Source: an uncultured archaeon (GTDB taxonomy: Archaea; Asgardarchaeota; Thorarchaeia; Thorarchaeales; Thorarchaeaceae). Taken from it: a stretch of DNA of 32,000 bases. Made by a program: the position numbers and the translations under genes. The notes under the pieces were generated by a model. The model was not told the origin of the DNA. It did no database searches and was given only the letters and a program-made list of their open reading frames with translations. Shown here piece by piece: positions 28,383 to 32,000 of this stretch. The stretch spans positions 60,001 through 92,000 of the forward strand of contig CAZYLT010000012.1 in NCBI GenBank assembly GCA_964648855.1, read 5' to 3'. The stretch's first letter is position 1. Every line of letters begins with the position of its first letter.

Positions 28383-28781
28383 TTGAGCATTAAGAAAACA
28401 TCTGCAAAATCTTTGAAACCCGGAAGCTATGTCGTGATTGATGGCGAACCATGCAAAGTGACAAGTATTGAGAAGTCTAAGCCAGGGAAACATGGGTCCG
28501 CCAAGGCAAATATTACTGCAATTGGTTTCTTTGATAACCGAAAAAGAAACGTGATAATGCCTGCAGACCGCATGGTCGATGTTCCCATTATCGACAAACG
28601 TTCCGCTACAGTAATTGCGGAGATGGGAGAACGGTATACTCTGATGGACACAGAAACCTACGAGACCTATGATATCAAGAAGCCAGCAGACCCGGAAATT
28701 GCGAGCAAGATGGAGCTCAATAAAGAAGTTGAAGTCTGGGAACTCATGGGCGAGCGAGTCATTACCAGAGTAAAGAATTAG
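28383..28781 (+). CDS. eif5a: Translation factor aIF5A
   Basis: SKPGKHGSAKA hypusination motif, LMDTETYET. Confidence 0.97.
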   Translation: MSIKKTSAKSLKPGSYVVIDGEPCKVTSIEKSKPGKHGSAKANITAIGFFDNRKRNVIMPADRMVDVPIIDKRSATVIAEMGERYTLMDTETYETYDIKKPADPEIASKMELNKEVEVWELMGERVITRVKN

Positions 28782-28864
28782 CGCCAATTGTTGCACAGTT
28801 ATCAGAAGGACCCTGTCAACTTATCACAGACAAGGAAAATCCATACCAAAAGGGGCTAGGCAGT

Positions 28865-29302
28865 ATGAACCATTCCAATGTGGATGAAAAGGATAGAAAG
28901 ATAATAGATATCCTAGGCGAAAACTCCCGAAGCTCATTGAGGGACATCGGAGATGAGGTGAAACTCAGCCCAAGCTCAGTTCGCAACAGGATGACTTCCC
29001 TCATAGAGGACGGAGTGATTCACCGTTACACAGTTGATGTTGATCATAGAAAACTTGGCTATGAGGTTCAGGTGATTGTCTTGATCACAGCGAAGCCAGG
29101 CTTTTCTGAGGAGCTATATTGGAAACTGAGATCCTATGAGCAAATATCCCTAGTATATTGGACATCGGGTCCGGCAAACTTTGTTTCATTACTCCGCTTC
29201 AGAAACATGCAGGAGCTTTCCAAGTTCATGACTGAGAAACTTGAGAAACTCGATGGAATAGAACGTGTTGAGAGCATGTTTGTTATGCCTCCACCGGAAT
29301 GA
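28865..29302 (+). CDS. Lrp/AsnC family transcriptional regulator
   Basis: DEKDRKIIDILGENSR.SLRDIG...LSPSSVRNR...GVI...D..KLGY. Confidence 0.93.
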   Translation: MNHSNVDEKDRKIIDILGENSRSSLRDIGDEVKLSPSSVRNRMTSLIEDGVIHRYTVDVDHRKLGYEVQVIVLITAKPGFSEELYWKLRSYEQISLVYWTSGPANFVSLLRFRNMQELSKFMTEKLEKLDGIERVESMFVMPPPE

Positions 29303-29410
29303 AGAGGCCCAAATCGTAATCACCAGGAAACACGGCGAAATTCTCGCAGGCAACCTTCATATTATATTGATGCAATCTAAAATCTACTGACTCGTGGATG
29401 GGTTATAGAT

Positions 29411-31324
29411 TTGAGTGAGGATGGTTCACCAATTGGGAAGCGGCTAAAACGAACTGGAAAGATGCTGCTCGATGGTGCAGAAAAGCAAGTGAGTGATTAT
29501 AGAGATAGATTTGATAGTCTCTCAGGTGCTTTTGATGACCTTCTCTGCGATTTTATGAGGTCATATCCGCAGGAGAAGCTCGACACAGATTTCGCAGACG
29601 AGTTCTTCGGCAAGAATCGCCTGTATTTCCGTGGAATTGACGGTACAGTCTGCAAGAATCCCGTTTTCGACCTAATCATCTTTTTTGCTGGAGCCTATTC
29701 ATCAGGAGGGTATCTTGATGTCAAGAATGATGGTGAATTCGATATAGTATATGATGAAAATCATCTGGAGTCGGGTATTGGGATTTCAAGTGTTTTACCG
29801 GTCTACATAAGTGAGGTTCCTGATATTGACAAGAAGGTTACACCACGTGATGAAGAAGGTTACGTTGACCCTGCAATATCATATTCTGATGCTTGGATTA
29901 TTGACAACTCGGCTATTGCAGACTATATGATGGGATTTGCGGAGTTCTATCTAGGATACAAGTCAGTATCGAGAAAGAATCCGGTGGACATACTTTTTCT
30001 GGATAGAATACTCTCTTCCGAGGTTTCATCATTCTATGCTGAAACCTCACCATCAAGAGTTAGGCTTGACAAGGAGTCAGCGATTATTGGCAATTCATTT
30101 GATGGTGAGGTGTATACACCAGCTGATTGGATTTATGCCCGCAGACTATTTGGCAATCCCAAGCTTGGCACACCCCCGCCGCGTGGGGAATATATCCTTC
30201 CACGTGTGATGAATGAGTTGATTGAAGATAATGGACTAACTGAAGAACAGCTTGCCAAGCGTCTAGGTATCGACACAGAAGCTCGAAGAAAGCGGTTACA
30301 TAGTGAACTAAAGAAAGGCACTAAGGCCTACGCCGGGACTGAACCGGTTCTAGAGGTCATGGGAGATAAATTCAGTGTTCGCTCGGGGGTCTTGAGCCTA
30401 CATGAACGAACTGAGTCTATACTAGGAGAAATTGGTGAGAAAATTTTTTCAGAAGGAATCGACATTTCGGTGCAAGACCGGTTCAAAATCGACTCACACT
30501 GGCTTACTACAGTAGACTTCTCATTCCTTAGTCTCATGTCGATTTATTTTATGGTTGAAAACTGTCACAAGAACAATATACTTCTCCTCGGTATTGCCAA
30601 GGACACATCAGCAAGAGACCTGAAGCGGCAAGTCATCCCAACTCTTAATCACACAAAAATCTATGATGGAGGGTTTGGTCCAGCAGCCTCTCAGGTTCCC
30701 GATACTGATAGAATGATTCTTCAATGGACATCCTTGAAGGCTCGAGATAAGATTCCTGTGCCATGGGCTACCATTGAATATGATACTGCATTCAAAACAA
30801 TCATTCCACATTTTGATAGAAAACAAGATTTGGTATCAGGAGCAAGAAGGAATCAGATATCTCTTGAGAAGACCTTCGCGAAGTCCTATTTTCAGTTATC
30901 ACAAGCAAAGTCGGACCCCAAATTGAGAAGTAATGTATTGCTCTATGATAGGCTCGTATATCCTTCATTTGACACAAATGAGAATCAAGTGACGCGGTTA
31001 CAGCATGACTATACTGGAGACCCAGCAGAACCAGAACCGGTCGATTTAATTCTCTACCTTGAAGCCGAAAATAGTGTACAGCAGTTTATTATAACTCTCA
31101 TGAGAGCAATGACTAGTTCGAGTATTCCAGAGCTATTTGGGCATCTAAAGCCACTATATGTAGCGGACAAGGTTGCAAAATACTATTACCAGCAATTCGA
31201 CTCAATTGTTCGCAGCACAGCAAACTGGCTGGTTAACCGCCCAAGCCTTAGAGAATTTCTATTCTATTTGAGCACTTTTAGAGAAAGGAGGACAGAACAT
31301 GAAGAAACAAGAAGAATTTCCTGA
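29411..31324 (+). CDS. NurA-like nuclease domain protein (long form with HTH insertion)
   Basis: RGIDGT, DILFLDR, LLGIAKDT and FGHLKPLYVADK match NurA motif order; the gene overlaps a downstream HerA-like gene. Confidence 0.75.
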   Translation: MSEDGSPIGKRLKRTGKMLLDGAEKQVSDYRDRFDSLSGAFDDLLCDFMRSYPQEKLDTDFADEFFGKNRLYFRGIDGTVCKNPVFDLIIFFAGAYSSGGYLDVKNDGEFDIVYDENHLESGIGISSVLPVYISEVPDIDKKVTPRDEEGYVDPAISYSDAWIIDNSAIADYMMGFAEFYLGYKSVSRKNPVDILFLDRILSSEVSSFYAETSPSRVRLDKESAIIGNSFDGEVYTPADWIYARRLFGNPKLGTPPPRGEYILPRVMNELIEDNGLTEEQLAKRLGIDTEARRKRLHSELKKGTKAYAGTEPVLEVMGDKFSVRSGVLSLHERTESILGEIGEKIFSEGIDISVQDRFKIDSHWLTTVDFSFLSLMSIYFMVENCHKNNILLLGIAKDTSARDLKRQVIPTLNHTKIYDGGFGPAASQVPDTDRMILQWTSLKARDKIPVPWATIEYDTAFKTIIPHFDRKQDLVSGARRNQISLEKTFAKSYFQLSQAKSDPKLRSNVLLYDRLVYPSFDTNENQVTRLQHDYTGDPAEPEPVDLILYLEAENSVQQFIITLMRAMTSSSIPELFGHLKPLYVADKVAKYYYQQFDSIVRSTANWLVNRPSLREFLFYLSTFRERRTEHEETRRIS

Positions 31325-32000
31325 AAAGTTGTTCACGGATTTTGATGGCGTTTTTGACGGTGTCTTAGCAAGAGTTGCGTCAATACCCGCGAATTACACC
31401 TCGGAGTGGGCGGGTTCAGCAGCACGCTATGAGTGCAAGATAAAGATACGATACAACAAGGAACTGATGGCACAACTAGAAGAGGGCATGATGCTTGCAG
31501 TGCGCAACTTTCGAGGTCAATCTGAACGCGCCAAAAAAGAGGGGATCCAAAGGTATACTGTAATGGTAGTCAGCAAGGTTTGGCCCCTACACTATGGCTT
31601 AGGTGGGGTTCGTGATAGCCATTATTACCCGCTGCAAATGGAGATCATAGAGCAAACGGTTCCAGATTGGGATACTGATGACCAATCCACGATGATGATC
31701 CATATGGCTGCCATCCCAATCAACTACGACTTAGTAATTGATGCCGATGGGAAAGTCCACTTCAAGAAGGGATTCTCGTATCCGCTGATAGGTGACAAGG
31801 TCCATGTCATTAATCTTGAAACAGTTGACATGATATACAACTCCAGAGTAAAAGAGGCGATAGGTTTCGATGGTGACCCGCTAGCAGAAGACCCGAAGGA
31901 TAACCCTCGAGTAGGGGTATTGAGAATGTTCATGGAATCTGACAGGAAGGTCCCTATCTATGTTGACTTGCACAAATTAGTGAGATATCACTTTGGCGTC
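31299..32000 (+). CDS. HerA/DUF87-family ATPase, N-terminal part (runs off the window)
   Basis: Not in the ORF track. The frame is open from ATG 31299: MKKQEEFPEKLF...LEEGMMLAVRNF...YPLIGDKVHV...RVGVL...PIYVDLHKLVRYHFGV. This is a HAS-barrel-like region plus the segment that precedes Walker A in HerA; Walker A itself lies outside the window. Confidence 0.75.
   Translation, partial: MKKQEEFPEKLFTDFDGVFDGVLARVASIPANYTSEWAGSAARYECKIKIRYNKELMAQLEEGMMLAVRNFRGQSERAKKEGIQRYTVMVVSKVWPLHYGLGGVRDSHYYPLQMEIIEQTVPDWDTDDQSTMMIHMAAIPINYDLVIDADGKVHFKKGFSYPLIGDKVHVINLETVDMIYNSRVKEAIGFDGDPLAEDPKDNPRVGVLRMFMESDRKVPIYVDLHKLVRYHFGV

Noticed and set aside
1-32000. tRNA, rRNA, CRISPR arrays, IS elements/integrases, selenoprotein read-through
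   Set aside because: No cloverleaf-like, repeat-spacer or transposase signal was noticed by eye, and no gene appeared truncated at an in-frame TGA. This was not checked computationally.

Overview
Gene-dense archaeal chromosomal window with about 33 CDS. I saw no rRNA, tRNA, CRISPR array or mobile element. The gene content (class I LysRS, eS26, eL13, aIF5A, Nob1, PAC2-type chaperone, Bet3/TRAPP-like V4R proteins, roadblock-like domains, long alpha-solenoid protein) points to an Asgard archaeon, most plausibly Thorarchaeia; this is an inference. Most genes are housekeeping. The standout is a ~5 kb duplicated locus (8841-13802) with two paralogous [roadblock-like + acidic/Pro linker + two winged-helix] proteins, each directly followed by a Bet3/TRAPPC3-like V4R gene. 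The locus also holds a third canonical V4R gene and two convergent, apparently related 4-TM membrane proteins. It is a candidate proto-TRAPP or membrane-associated signalling system. Other notable items are an eL13-HhH fusion, a stand-alone PH-like protein, an alpha-SNAP-like solenoid, a PAC2 protein with a C-terminal HbYX motif, an orphan 2-oxoacid:ferredoxin oxidoreductase gamma subunit, and an oversized NurA-like gene overlapping a HerA-like gene that runs off the window edge. All family calls come from motif recognition by eye; no database searches were run.
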